This document shows positions 1 through 13,790 of a stretch of DNA of 49,161 nt, one piece after another. Location of the stretch: assembly GCF_006345805.1 (NCBI RefSeq), contig NW_021834374.1, positions 1-49,161 of the forward strand. The letters are read 5' to 3'. The notes beneath the pieces are model-generated. The model was given only the letters and a program-made list of their open reading frames with translations, was not told where the DNA came from and did not search any database. The DNA comes from Octopus sinensis. Its lineage: Eukaryota. The translations under genes were made by a program, and so were the position numbers. Within the stretch, counting starts at the first letter, position 1. Every line of letters starts with the position of its first letter.

Positions 1-612
1 GTGCATAGTTATCCGTACAGAGAGTTCTACTAACAGGATAGTTCTACAATTATAGATCTGATAGGGTTGCCTGGCTTTTCAACAACCTTAATTCTTAGTT
101 TAAGTTTATCTAGGGTCCTTCTAAAGCGGTACGCCAGTTCACCTCCAGGGGTGGTGTCAACGAACATGACACTCGGTATTTATGGCTATCATACCAAGTT
201 GTTGCCTTCCCTATTTTCTTTTTTGTCCTTTCTATAGTGTTCCATGACTTGTTCCTATAGAGTGGGCAAATCCCATTCCTATCATTACATAATATATTAT
301 CAAATTTCTTCATGGCTCCTTTGTATACTCTGACCCTTTCTTTATGGCTGTAACCTGAGAACTGCATGCGGTGAATGAAATACTGTATGTGTCTCTTTAA
401 TTCTGTAGGCTCGCACATGCGTGACACATTTCTCATTATTCTGACGAGGGACATACTCAACTGTTTAGCTCCAGCAACTGACCAGCAAATATGTGGTATT
501 GAGCAGGATATTTGCTGTAGCTCATCTTTCACACCATGATAAAACATGTACATGACAGCACTTCCTATCATTTATGATCAAAGTGATGAAAACCACTGCT
601 TGGTATTGCATC
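1..612 (-). mobile_element. Penelope-like retroelement (PLE) coding relic, RT-thumb/linker region, Neptune-like
   Basis: ORF 110-571 reads VMYMFY...LVRIMRNVS...YFIHRMQFSGYS...GICPLYR..W...ER.KK...WY; after a frameshift the minus strand continues SVMFVDTTPGGELAYRFRRTLDKLKLRIKVVEKPGNPIRSII. This matches the PLE linker pattern (RMQxSGY, GxxPLYR, VxFVxxTPxxxL, IKVVE) preceding the GIY-YIG domain. Truncated by the window edge. Confidence 0.8.
448..612 (-). repeat. Interspersed repeat 'K', copy 1 (inside the PLE relic)
   Basis: Aligns by eye over ~165 bp with 29643-29808 and, inverted, with 47046-47324 (e.g. tgtggtattgagcag.atatttgctgtagc.catcttt). Confidence 0.8.
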
Positions 613-684
613 AGAGCATTTAGTATTGTTGTTGTTGTTGTTGTTGTTGTTGTGCTATTATTATTATCATTATTATTACTACTG

Positions 685-908
685 AAGGCGGCGAGATGGC
701 AGAATCGTTTGCTCGCTGGACGAAATGCATAGCAGTATTTCACTCGTCACTACGTTTTGATTTCAAATTCTGCCGAGGTCGACTTTGCCTTTCATGCTTT
801 CGGGGTCAATAAATTAAGTACCAGTGAGACATCGGGGTCGATGTAATCGACTAGTCTCCCTCCCCACAAATCTGAGGCCTTGTGTCTCCAGTAGAAAGGG
901 TTATTATT
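685..908 (+). mobile_element. tRNA-like SINE family A, full length
   Basis: Head aaggcggcgagatggcagaa, B-box-like ttcaaattc, body gaggtcgactttgcctttcat..ggggtc, tail ggccttgtg..gtagaaagg then (ATT)n; many homologues in window. Confidence 0.85.
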
Positions 909-1419
909 ATTAGTAGTAATAGTATTAGTATCATCATCATCATCATCATCATCAAAGAAATTACCATAACAATTGACCATCGATTGCTTTAAATTTTACA
1001 TGCTTTAACGCACTAAACACTTTTTTTTCCTGGATAGGAACTGCTGAAACTGGAGTGCATGCAAGCAAGCCACAGGTGGAAGCGATAAATGATAAAACAA
1101 CACAAAAAAAGAGCACAAATCCAAATATAAATAACAAAGCAAAAACGGGGAGAAAATACATTTGAAAATATAAAGCTAAAAACATGTATAAATCACGTGC
1201 TCAAAGCTCGGGTATATAAAAAAAAACACATAAAATATATATTCAAACCCAGATATAAAATGCACATGAAAAAGCACGTTAGAAAATACAGATTTAAATA
1301 CAGATAGAAAAGAGACAAGCACAAAAGAAAGATGCAAAACAAGTACAGAATATATAACGATAAAACACAGGTAGAAAGCGCCGATCGTCCTCTTACTCCC
1401 GCGGGTCTCTCGAAACATA

Positions 1420-1448
1420 TACACATATGCATACATATACACGTATAT

Positions 1449-1496
<48 letters not shown>

Positions 1497-1507
1497 ATAT
1501 ATATAAT

Positions 1508-1553
<46 letters not shown>

Positions 1554-1620
1554 GATAGATAGATAGATAGATAGAGGTAGATAGATAGATACATACATAC
1601 ATACATACAACATACATACA

Positions 1621-1651
<31 letters not shown>

Positions 1652-2001
1652 GTACGTACGTACTACATACATATATGCATACATATATATATATCTACAT
1701 ACATATTTTTATGCATATATATGTATATACATGTATATATTTATAGGCAGATAGATGTATATATATATGCATATATATATATATATATATATTATTATAC
1801 ATATATAATACATATATATATATACAAGTATATATGTATATGCGTGTATATATATAGATATATGTATATATACATATATAAATATATATATACATATTAT
1901 ACATATAATATACATAAATGGTATATGTGTTTATATATATAGATACAAAGATATAGATATATGTGTATATATATTATGTTTGTATATATATGTACATATG
2001 C

Positions 2002-2032
<31 letters not shown>

Positions 2033-2148
2033 TTATGCTATGTGTATTTATATAATATATATATATAATAAATATGCATATACATATATATAAACATAGC
2101 TATTATATATATACACATATTAATTATATATGTACGTATGTATGTAAA

Positions 2149-2230
<82 letters not shown>
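1420..2230. repeat. Compound microsatellite (AT)n/(TAGA)n/(TACA)n
   Basis: Directly visible arrays; source of the YIYI/LSIY ORFs. Confidence 0.95.
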
Positions 2231-2233
<3 letters not shown>

Positions 2234-3019
2234 TGTACGTTTGTATGAATGTATATATAACAATGAAAAAGAACGACGTTGGCAAAAACAAAAGAGAAAT
2301 TGTACGCTTGGTTCTAAAGAGTAAAAAGCAAACACGTGTGCGTTATGTCTATATATTTCTCTGTGATCATAAATAGTTCATTTTGTTTTCAATTTGCTCT
2401 ATGGTAAAGGATAAAAGCTGTCAAATAGATTCTTTTATGAGATAAAACATGAGTAAATATATAGGAGACGGAAGTTGTTTTCAAAAGGTGGTGGAAAGAA
2501 GACTACAAGCGATGGTTTGGTTTGTCGTTGGCAACCATAGAAATAATGAAACATTTTTTTTTTCCTTCTACTAAAACACAAAAAACACCGAAAACTTAAA
2601 GAGATAGTAGTGTTTGCTACATAGTTGCGTTCATTGTTTTTTTTCTTTTGTTGTTTGCTTTTTTTTGCTTTTGTTTTTAATTATTTGTTGCATGTTTCCT
2701 AACATTTTAAACAAAATTTTTAAAGCAGAGAAACAGAAATAAGTAGAAGAAATAAAAATCATATCAAAACGGAATAAAAAAAAAAATTTATTCTTCATAT
2801 TTTTTATATATGTAAATATAAATTAGGTTTAAAGAATGATAGAGAAGAATTACTGCTGTGTCAATGCATTTGCACCGTAAATAAAATAAATAATAAATAA
2901 ATAAATAAAATAGCATTTTCCACAAACAAAACGTTTCTATTTTACACCTGTATTTATGTTTTTGTTTTTAATTTCTAAAACAGTGAAACAAAAATCAAAT
3001 TAAAATGTTTGTATACATC

Positions 3020-3107
3020 TGTAAATGCATATATACATACAAACATGCATTAATATATATACAATTATATATACACGTACACGTATATATATCTTGCATA
3101 TACATAA

Positions 3108-3175
<68 letters not shown>

Positions 3176-3366
3176 ACATATATATATATATATTGTATGT
3201 AGGTATTATGTATGTATATATGTATATATAAATATTAATATTTATACATATATATATATATATACGTATACATATATACACGCAAACACCACACACACAT
3301 ACACCACATATATATATATATATATAAACATATATTATATTTATCTATGTATGTATAATATATCTA

Positions 3367-3436
<70 letters not shown>

Positions 3437-3440
3437 GCAT
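3020..3440. repeat. (AT)n-rich microsatellite with (CT)n
   Basis: Directly visible. Confidence 0.9.
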
Positions 3441-4224
3441 GTATGTGTACCAGAATCTCTTGTATGACAACGCATTTGCTCTACAAAGACAAAAATAAAA
3501 TAAATAAATAAATGAATAAATAAATAAATAAATACAAAATGTTACTGAAAATGAGCTTGTAAGTATAAACAATTACATACATCCCGACAAACATTTCTGA
3601 ATGTTTCAACTGCGATATTTATACATTAAACAGGTTCCAACATTTATTCTGTGTTGCATGACAAGATAGCTGTATAAGTATTAAGTACATTATAATCTAT
3701 AGTAGTTACCAGAACGAAGTTGACGTTAAAGAAAAAAATAAATAACAAAAACAAAAAAAAACAAAAAAAGATTTAATGCAAATTTGCAAGGTCACTAATA
3801 AGTAGATATACACGGGTTTTCAGTTACAGAACTGACTCATTATGCGCATGCCCAGTGCTGGTTATGTAGTTTTAATATATTTGAAATACGGTGAAACTGG
3901 TGATGTATAAACCTGATATATATATGCATGTATCTATGTATGTCTGTAGATAATCTGTTCTCTGGAGTTTCTCCTAGCTCGCTGGGTTAAGTAAAAAGAG
4001 CATTAAATTGGGCTTAATGACACCCTACCACTTAAAAAAAAGGGTACACTAAAATATTCCGCCCTAGATATTTGTCAAAATATTTTGAGTTTCTTCAAAT
4101 GTTTTACCAAACCTAACTTGTTACTAAGCTTCTCATAAATCGATTACATTAACCACTGTGCTAAATTGGTACTTACCTTATCGACCACGGAATGTAAAGT
4201 TGACTTCGATGGAACTAAGAACAG

Positions 4225-4502
4225 CTAACTTATGGGGACGTAAACACACCAGCATCGGTTGTCAAGCAATTCTAGGGGGACAAACACAGACACACAAACA
4301 TATACACACACACTTATATACATATATATACATATATACGACAGGCTTCTTTCAGTTTCCGTCTACCAAATCCACTCACAAGGCATTGGTCGGCCCGGGG
4401 CTATAGCAGAAGACACTTGCCCAAGGTGTCACGCAGTGGGACTGAACCCGGAACCACGTGGTGGGTTAGCAAGCTACTTACCACACAGCCACTCCTGCGC
4501 CT
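4225..4502 (-). mobile_element. SINE family B (tRNA head plus CORE-like segment)
   Basis: Reverse complement reads ggcgcaggagtggctgtgtggtaagtagcttgct...gggttcagtcccactgcgtgacaccttgggcaagtgtcttc; CCTTGGGCAAGT resembles the CORE-SINE motif. Confidence 0.85.
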
Positions 4503-4667
4503 ATGTACATATAACGTATATATATATATGTATATAATATCGGTACAGCTCGATGCAACCCCCAAAACTGGTTCACCAATCCGCATCATTAGACTGTGGC
4601 CGGCATATTGGATTAGGAGATTTATTTACGTATTCAAATCGTTTCCTGTAAACTCTTTTAAAACGTG

Positions 4668-4720
<53 letters not shown>

Positions 4721-4851
4721 ATATATATGAATGTATGTATGCATGTATATATATATAATTAAATAAGGGGAGAAATTGATATTAATCAATTAAAACCAGT
4801 GGCCTAGCATGTTTTCAAAAAATCCGAAGATTAAAATTTTTTTACATACAA

Positions 4852-5013
4852 AATTTAGAGGACTGACCACTATTTTCATTTTTTTGCTTATTTTTACGCT
4901 TTGGACTATTACTGAATTTTTTCTTGAGAACATATTGTTCGTGGAAAATGGTGATTTTTACGTCTATATCTAGCATACAGGCTGTCCACTTTTAATGGTC
5001 AGTCCTCTAAATT
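4852..5013. mobile_element. MITE-like element with 18-bp perfect inverted repeats
   Basis: aatttagaggactgacca (4852-4869) and tggtcagtcctctaaatt (4996-5013); TA follows the right end after one base. Confidence 0.5.
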
Positions 5014-5462
5014 CTATATATATATATATATGTGTGTGTATGTGTGTGTGTGAGTGTATAAATACATACATGCGATGTAACTTGAATCGCACTGCTAACA
5101 CAGATGGGTCTCGGTACTGACTTATAATGTCTGTAATATGCTTTGTAGTGTATTGTTGATGCATAACGTAGTAGGGTGTCCCTACCATCAATTAGTATAT
5201 ACATACACATATGTGTGCTTGTGTTTACATCTGATGATGTAATCTCATATGACTTTAAACTGTGTACACGGTCACAGCCAGAATGTCTTCCATCCCTGTT
5301 CTTCTTGATCAGGTTAAGCCTGGAGCAGAAACAACAAAACCAACAGCAACAACAACAATAACATCAGATAGCGATTCCATCATAGGTCTCCATATTGGTT
5401 TCAAATTTTAACACAAGACACGCAAGTTTGGGTTAGTGGTAGAGTCAGTTACATCGTCGTAA

Positions 5463-5524
5463 CTGCACAGATCACTTATCATATAATAGTACCCTGCACA
5501 GATCACTTATCATATAATAGTACC
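5463..5524. repeat. Exact 31-bp tandem duplication
   Basis: ctgcacagatcacttatcatataatagtacc x2. Confidence 0.95.
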
Positions 5525-5720
5525 ACAGGACGCTGCTAAAAATCCCCAGGTTCATTATACTTGTCAAACGTTTCAAGAGCTCCAGCAGAATGTACACTGG
5601 TTCAAACCATCATAGAATTTGGGCAATAAACTATAGAACATTAATTACACCGTTGTTCCTCAACAGGATTGCACTGGGTCGTTTAGGGTTCATATAAGAT
5701 TTTATTGTTAAAATTTATCA

Positions 5721-6010
5721 GGTGCAGGATTAGCTGCGTGGTTAGTAGCTTGCTTACCAACCACATGGTTCCGGGTTCATTCCCACTGCGTGGTACCTTG
5801 GGCAAGTGTCTTCTACTATAGCCTCGGGCCGACCAAAGCCTTGTGAATGAATTTGCTAGAAACTGAAGGAAGCCCGTCGTATATATGTACACACACACAT
5901 ATATATACATATATATATATATATATTTGTGTGTCGATTTGCTCTATTAAGGTGGCGCTCCAGCATGGCCGCAGTCAAATGACTGAAACAAATAAGATAG
6001 TAAAAAGAGT
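5721..6010 (+). mobile_element. SINE family B
   Basis: Same head/CORE-like segment; 3' end ggtggcgctccagcatggccgcagtcaaatgactgaaac; internal deletion relative to the 46272 copy. Confidence 0.85.
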
Positions 6011-6029
6011 AAGAGACTAATAGATTGGT

Positions 6030-6182
6030 TATACTGTTACAATCCACAAAATATTTTAACAATTTTTAATACAATTCTTTGTAATATTTAATTATAAAAT
6101 TATATTTTTTGAACATGGAATGGCTAGGAAGATCCTAGGACTCAAAAGGTCCCATATGTAGAAAATGGCTGAGGAACCCTGA
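6030..6182 (+). mobile_element. Degenerate 3' half of a possible hAT-like MITE
   Basis: Shares tttt.aacatggaatggct...ggtc....gtag.aaa with 14215-14421; ends in a decayed ttgagaaccactg-like terminus. Confidence 0.35.
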
Positions 6183-8339
6183 GCTCTAAGAATTCACCTG
6201 ACTGAATTCACTAGTGCCATACCAATGGTTGTTTTACATGTTGGGGGGGGGGGTTCTACTGCATTCTGTTTCCGATTTTTTTAGGTGTCTCTTTGACTGG
6301 GGCAAACCCGCAACAAGGAAAGTGAATGTTAGAACTGCAGTAAAGGGCTACATGAGAGGGCACCAGTACAGAAAATAGAAGACTAATTGTAATAGTGAGA
6401 GTAAATGTAATGAAAGAGCCTTTTTGTTCTATATACTGGTGAATATTTATGAAATTTTAGATATTGAGTTAATGCAGGATATGTACGTGTGTGTAAGTGT
6501 GTGTATGTATGTGTATGTGCATATATATGGATATATATACATGTGTACGTAATATACACAAATATATGTATACAAAAATGTATGTGTACCTATATATATA
6601 TATATATATCAAAAGAAAATATGTCTGTATGCGTATATGCATGTATGTATTTGCATATCCACAAACTTATGCATTCAAACATACATATATACATACATTC
6701 ATACATACATACATATTGATATAGATATAGATATAATAAATTACCCATCATAAAACTTAAATATATATCTATTTAATGAAACTTTCACCTCCACCGAATT
6801 TTTTGGTTCCGGCTGACTGAATCAAATTACATACATACACGCATGCATACATACTCACTCATACATATATATATGTACCTACCTATCAGATACACACTAT
6901 GGAAAACGTCTATTATAAAAACTATCAAGGGAAAATACAGCCAAATAATCTAAGTGAATTTCTCGACGGGAGATATGTTGTGGTATCGTCATGAACATAA
7001 ATATATTGAGAATAACTTATGTCGAAGAAAGACGAAACAGCTTTAAATAGAAAGAAATCTGAACGATTAATACTATAAATCATGTCATTTAGGCGGGAGT
7101 TACCCGGGATCATTATGAGGAGATTTGATATCAGGGATAATATTTTCCCAACGTATGTGTTTATATGATAAATCAAATAAAAAGCACAACCATAATTGCG
7201 AAGTTAAGTCGCTCGGTTATTAGTTCCATGGCCACACGAGCCTGGTTTGAAGCTTGAAAAGAACATTGAAACTCAGAGCCCTGTTGTGTAGGGCTGTAGA
7301 TCAAATGCATGATTGTGTGTGAACGTGATGACTCCTCTGCCCTTTCTTTCATTGATACAGTGGCCCGTCCTCCTCAGGGCTTCTAATCAGTTACTCCCGG
7401 AGCTTTGTCTATGACGTAGCAATATCTTATATTTTATTGTGTAGTTCTGCGGAACGGAGACGCACCGAAAACTTCTGCCGACTCTCGAAACTGGCGCGAC
7501 TGATGCAGCAAATGTTCTCCTTGCAAGTTGGGAGTGAAATTCTTGACGTTTAACACTCTGAGAAAAAAGGATTGGGTGTAGTATATAGTATAGTTACTAT
7601 AAGTTGAAGGTGGGCTAAATATTGCTCCACCATCACAATGTTCTTTTGTTACATTGTGCCCTACCCTTATCTTATATTTGCTACATTTCTTTTGATGCAT
7701 TTACATTTTTTATTACATTACGTCTCATGTAGCACATAGCTTGACATTTATGGAGCTTCTGTCAAAGCCTTTGTTAATGCTGGCGATACAACTTATAAAC
7801 GTGTCACAGTAAAATCTTTCTAAATTCTGCATATTAATCCTCATAATCCTCAACTCCATTTCTATAAATCTCTATTGCTTATCCAGTAGATTAAACACAT
7901 CAAAGCAAATCTCCGACATCTAATCTGCTGCATATATTAGCGAGAGTTCTAAGAATTAACTCGTAAGAATAGCCTTCTAGCGCTCACTACATACGCGGTA
8001 AACATTTATTGAAAGTAAAACCGAGTAATGAATAGAAAACTGTGTGAAAACCACCGCATCATATGGCTGCATCTAAAATCTGATTCAAAATCAAAAGAAA
8101 TGATTGCGATAATTTTTTTTTTAATGTTTTTATTTCTTTTTCTTTAATAAATTGTTACGTGGAAAAGAAAGTAACATATTTCCTGTAACCAGCACTCGCT
8201 ACAGGAAACGAAACCCCAACCAAGATCAATATCTTCACACATGTGATTATTCACGTGAATATTTTAAATGGCTGACATTTGCATATAACACTTCATATAA
8301 CAGTAGATGGCTGCCTTGCATTCTATATCTTTCATGCAA

Positions 8340-8360
8340 GGTACATATATATATAATATT

Positions 8361-8419
<59 letters not shown>

Positions 8420-8564
8420 ATATATATACTTATAATACATATATGTTTATGTATATATATATATACATGTGTATATATGTATATATACATGTATATTAAT
8501 ACATATAAATATATATAGACATATATGTATGTATGTATATCTAATCATACATAGATATATACTT

Positions 8565-8598
<34 letters not shown>

Positions 8599-8745
8599 AT
8601 ATATATATAATATATATATGTATGTATGTATGTATAAATATATAATATACAATATATATATACATAAATATATACATACATATATATATATAATATATAC
8701 ATAATATATACACATATATATATATGTATATATATATATATATCT
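8340..8745. repeat. (AT)n-rich microsatellite
   Basis: Directly visible. Confidence 0.9.
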
Positions 8746-9579
8746 CGTAACTTTATCCAGTGGTTTGCCACCTCATCATTCTGTCTTCAATGAAGCCGTT
8801 TAACGGATCTCTTAAACCATATAACTACACAATAAGCACATTCAAGAACTGAGCTTATGGATTCTCAAGAGGACAAAAATAAAATAAAATAAAATAAGAT
8901 GAAATAAAATAGAATGAAATAAAACACAATAAAAATATATAATAAATAAACAAAAATGAATTTACCGAAAGATGATGAGGTTTCTGGAATCACCAAGAAA
9001 TATGAAGCAATGAAGCAGGTTTTTTTTTATGATAAATAGTAATAGTATTTCAAACAGGCTCTGTGGTGGTGAGAGAAATGCCATTTGACTGCTGTAAAAG
9101 AATCTATTGTAGCTTTGATTGCCTCCAGCCTTAGCAACCGTATTGATTTTTGTTTATTACACATCGGTTTGTTAACTAACATGATGATGGTAAAATTTTG
9201 TCATGGTACCTTACTGGAAATAACAATAGCCATCATCCGCTCACTTTCCCTCGGCATTCATTCTCCTGCTCATATTCATACAACGTCATTTTCCGGGAAT
9301 AACAGATATTTTGGTTGAAGATTATTTTTGTGTTTTTGCTTGTTTGTTTTGTTGTAGGTTTAGTGGGGGTGTTTTGTTTTGTTTTGTTTTCTCTTTCTCA
9401 GCAGTTTTTATTGTTGTTGTTGTTGCTTCTATGTCTTTCATTTCCTTTTTTGGTTTTTTGGTTTTTTTTTTTTTTGCCTATTCCTTTTGCCTTTTGTTTG
9501 CTTCTAACACGATCTGAAACTGGGTTGGCTAATAGAGAAGGTGAGAATTGAAAACGAAAAGTAAAAGAACGGGCCCTTT

Positions 9580-10017
9580 GTGTGTACGAGTGTGTAGGTG
9601 TGTGCGTAGGGTTGTATGCTCCATGTGTGTGCAAGCGTATGAGTACCTCCCTATGTGTGTTGTGTGTGTGATTATGAATTTGTGCACCTCTATGTGTGCG
9701 TGTGTGTGCATCCTTGTATGCGTAACTCTGCATTCTGTATGCGCGTGTGTGTAGGTACGCGTTCTTGTGCATGTGTGTGTATGTGTATGTGTCTGTTCCC
9801 CTACATGTACGTCCCTGTGTATGTGTATGTGTACATGTGCATCTGTGCGTTACAATGGATCCGCTCGTGTGTGTGTGTGCGTGTGTGTGTAAGAATGTGT
9901 GTGTATGTGGTTGTGTGTGTGTTTGTATGTACGTGTATGTTCTTGTGTGCTTACGTGACCCTATATTAGTATACTTTTGCCTACGTCTATTTGCCTCTGT
10001 GTGTGTGTTGTGTGTGT

Positions 10018-10090
<73 letters not shown>
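9580..10090. repeat. (TG)n-rich low-complexity tract ending in pure (TG)n
   Basis: Directly visible. Confidence 0.9.
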
Positions 10091-10093
<3 letters not shown>

Positions 10094-10554
10094 ATTCTAT
10101 GGTTGCTGCTAAAATATGAAGAATAAAGTCACGTTGACATTCACAGAACATTTACATTGATAGAACTATAGAGGGAACAATACAATCCATTTGATCACCA
10201 ATAGCAATATTTAGGAACCAACCAAAATTATCATTCCATGATTAATATCAATAAACCAACTGCAGCTACTTCAATACCTCTCAAGGGTCATTTTTGGTCA
10301 CCTACCTGCATGGAGTAAATTGAGATTATAAACTTGTCAGAACTTAACTCGCCAGTTAAATAGCAAGCAATTATAAATAGGTTTATTCAAACCCCCGAAG
10401 AGAAAAGTTGCGTTGAATCGCAAATTTTCGCTTCCGCATTTTAGCGTTTGCAGTTCGTATACATGTTTAATACTATTGGGAAAGGCATGGTTGTTACAAA
10501 GTCTCATGCAGTTTCTTTTTTTTCTTTCTTTTATTTTTCTTAAAGATATATTCT

Positions 10555-12045
10555 TTTCTACTCTAAGCACAAGGCCCGAAATTATGGAGGGACGGGGGCC
10601 AGTCGATTAGATCGACCCCAGTACGAAGCTGGTACTTAATTTATAGATGCCGAAAGGCTGAAAGGCAAAGTCAACCTCGGTAGGACTTGAACTCAGAACG
10701 TAAAGACAGACGAAATACTTATTTCTTTACTACAGAGTTCAAGGTCAATGTGTGCCAAGCGACTTCACTCTGCATGCTTTAGCTTCGTTACTAAGGCAAC
10801 AGTCCGAATACTTATGGAACAGAGCACGCATATAAATACCGATGCATGTATTTGTGCTTGTGTTATGTTTGCCCCTCACCACTGGCTTAACACCTAGTTT
10901 TATTTCTTTCTAAGAAACCGATAGAATAAATGTCATTCCTAGGGTCGATTTGTCTGACTAAACCCTATAAAGTGTTACCACAGTATGGCCGCAGTGCAGT
11001 GAGTGAAAGAAGTAAGAAGATTTTATAAAAAGTTTCGATAAGCACAAGAACGATTTGAACTCAGGATACGATGAATTGAAACAAATACGCAAAGCAGTTT
11101 TTCTGACGCTTTAACCGTCTCTGCTAGCTCACTGTCTAATTAACTGTAACAATAATCCTTTCTACTGAAGCATAACGCCTCAAATTTGGGGCAAGGGATT
11201 AAGTCGATTACATTGAACCCAGTGCGTAAATGGTACTTATTAAATCGACCTCGAAAGAATGAAAGGCAAAGTCGACCCCGGCGGAATTTGAGCTCAGACC
11301 CTAGCGACGGGCGAAATACCGCTAAGCATTTCGTCCAACACACTAACGATTCTGCCAGCTCACCACTTTAAGAATAATAATAATCCTTTCTACTAGAGGC
11401 ACAAGGCCACAAATTTGCTGGCGGGAGAGGACTAGTTGATTACATCGTCCGCAGTGTTTCACTGATACTTAATTTATCGACTCCGAAAGGATGAAAGCCA
11501 AGGTCTACCTCGGCGGAATATGAACTCTGAACGTAGCGACGGGCGAAATACCGCTAAGCATTTCGTCCAGCGCGCTAACGATTCTACCAGCTCGCCGCCT
11601 TAACAACAATAATAATGATTGTTTCACATTTTGCCACAAAACCAGTAATTTCGGGGTAGGTAAGTCGACTTCATTGACCCCATTACTCATCTGGTACTAA
11701 ATCTATCGACCGCGAAAGGATGAAAAGCATAGTCAACCTGGGACTGATATTATCGACTTAACCCCATCTTCGAAATTGCTGGCCTTGTGCTAAAATTTGA
11801 ATCCAGCATCAAAGCATGTTCATTTATTAATTGGGTTCAAATTTTGGCGCAAGACCAGCAATATCGATGGAGCGGGATAGTCGATTACTTCGTCCGCAAA
11901 GCTCAACTGTTACTTATTTTATCGACCCCGAAAGGATGAAAGGCAAAGTCGACCTTGGTAGAGTTTGAACTAAGAGCGTAAAGACCAACGAAATACTGTT
12001 AAGTATTCCGCCTGGCGTGCTAACGATTCGGCCAGCTCGCGGCCT
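10555..12045 (-). mobile_element. Cluster of about six SINE-A copies/fragments, head-to-tail on minus strand
   Basis: Repeated gaaaggcaaagtcgacc.cggcggaatttgaactcagaacgta...gaaataccgctaagcatttcg units at about 10555-10733, 11040-11135, 11150-11372, 11380-11602, 11610-11745, 11830-12045. Confidence 0.85.
10850..11030 (+). mobile_element. SINE-B 3' half, degenerate
   Basis: accgatagaataa...gggtcgatttgtctgactaaa...cagtatggccgcagt. Confidence 0.65.
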
Positions 12046-12104
12046 TCATGTGCATTAATTAATTAAAAATAAAATAAATGGATAATTATATTTTTAAAAA
12101 ACTT

Positions 12105-12490
12105 GTGGCTATGTGGTAAGTAGCTTGCTTATGAACCTCATGGTTTTGGGTTCAGTCCCACTGAGTAGCACTTCGGGCAAGTGTCTTCTACTATAGCTTC
12201 GAGTGGACCAAAGCCTTGTGAGTGGATTTGGTAGACGGAAACTAAAAGAAGTCCATCGTATATATATGCGTGTGTGCGTATGTTTGTGTGCCTGTGTTGG
12301 TTCCCCACTCCTCATCACTTGACAACCGATGCTGGTTTGTTTACGTCCCGTAACCTAGCTGTTCGTCCAGACAGACCGATAAAATAAGTACTAGGCTCAA
12401 AGATAAGTCCTGGGGTCGATTTCTTCGACTAAAAGCAGTGCTCCAGCATGGCTGCAGTCAGGTGACTGAAACAAACAAAAGAATAAAAGA
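12105..12490 (+). mobile_element. SINE family B, near full length
   Basis: gtggctatgtggtaagtagcttgc...gggttcagtcccactg...ccagcatggctgcagtcaggtgactgaaac. Confidence 0.9.
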
Positions 12491-13623
12491 ATAATTAGGC
12501 CTTAAAACGGTATATTTCAGTTTCGAAAACAGGAAGCGTCAGGACATGTGCGAACCATTCTCTCTACTTTGACTTGTAGAGTATTATTTGAAGGAGATTT
12601 GCTTGTTATTTCAGTATTTCTGATATAATAAAGGACCACATAATTGCGCTCGCTCCCCCCTCTCTCTTTCTCTCTCCGTCTCTCACTCTTCCTCCTCTCC
12701 CTCTCTTTCTCTCTCACTCAACCTCCTCTTTCTTTCTCTCAACGCCTTCTCTCTCTCTCTCTCCCTCTCTCTCTCTCCTCTCTCTCTCTCCCTCCCTCTC
12801 ACTCAGGGTCGCGTTGTTAATGTCTAATTCACTGAAAACAAAATTGAACTTGTGTTAAGTTCTATTTCAGTTCTCTTCAATAGATCATTAATGATTAACT
12901 CATTTTTCCCTATGAACAAGATAATACAACAGAATACAAGGTTGATACATTTCCGATTCTCATTTCATATTTCATTAAATCTATGAAGCTATATCGGTTG
13001 GTGATTGTGTTGATAACAGCCAAGATGGCGAATGTTACGTTGTATTGGTCGTTGTTGGCAACATCACTAGTTAATGTTATTTTTTCCCCGCTTTTGTTCT
13101 ATTTCTTCCTTTGTTATACAGATAATTGATAAACGTATCAATTTCGCTTGAGCATTAATTAATGATTAACCAAATGTATATATTTGTTCTCAATGTGTGG
13201 TAATAGTAGTCAGTATTTGTATCATAAACTCTGGAGATCTATGTGAATTTACAACTAGATCAACTATCAACCCTTAGTAAATCATATATTTCGGGGTTAT
13301 TATTTTATTGTATGATTCTCTGCCCTTAATTACTCCGTTGTCATGTAAGGGCACTCTAGGTGCTTGGTGAACTTTCTAGAAATAGCTAAATTTTTTGTCT
13401 TTATTTTCAGTTATCGAACTCGTCTTGAAAAGGTTAGTCGAAGAAATAGACAGCAGCAGCGCACTTTTATTTTTCAATCTGGTACCAATTCTATAGGACT
13501 CTTGCCGAACAGCTACGTTTCGAAGACATAAACAAACCAACAACGGTTGTGAAGTGGCGGTGGGGAGGGGGGATAAACACAAACACAAAGGCACACACAT
13601 ACATTACATATACGTGAATGTAG

Positions 13624-13790
13624 TTGGAATTTACAAAAAAAAAAGACGAAGACCGGTTTGTAAACAACAAACAGATATATTAGTTTAAAGCTCGGGAGTG
13701 TGAGAAATTCTTTTACCCTTCGAGCCTACGCTCTTCAACAGAAAGGAACACGAGAAAATGAACAGAGAGAGAATAAAACAAGGTTTAGTG
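13624..13790 (-). mobile_element. Repeat 'G' with degenerate hammerhead-like motif (13710-13745)
   Basis: Minus strand cttt CTGTTGA A GAGC gtag GCTC GAAgg GTA aaag, followed by sequence homologous to 32560-32630. Confidence 0.65.

Noticed and set aside
4545-4600. Minus-strand ctaatgatgcgg..gtgaacc as decayed hammerhead
   Set aside because: Needs several substitutions in both core halves; not distinguishable from chance.
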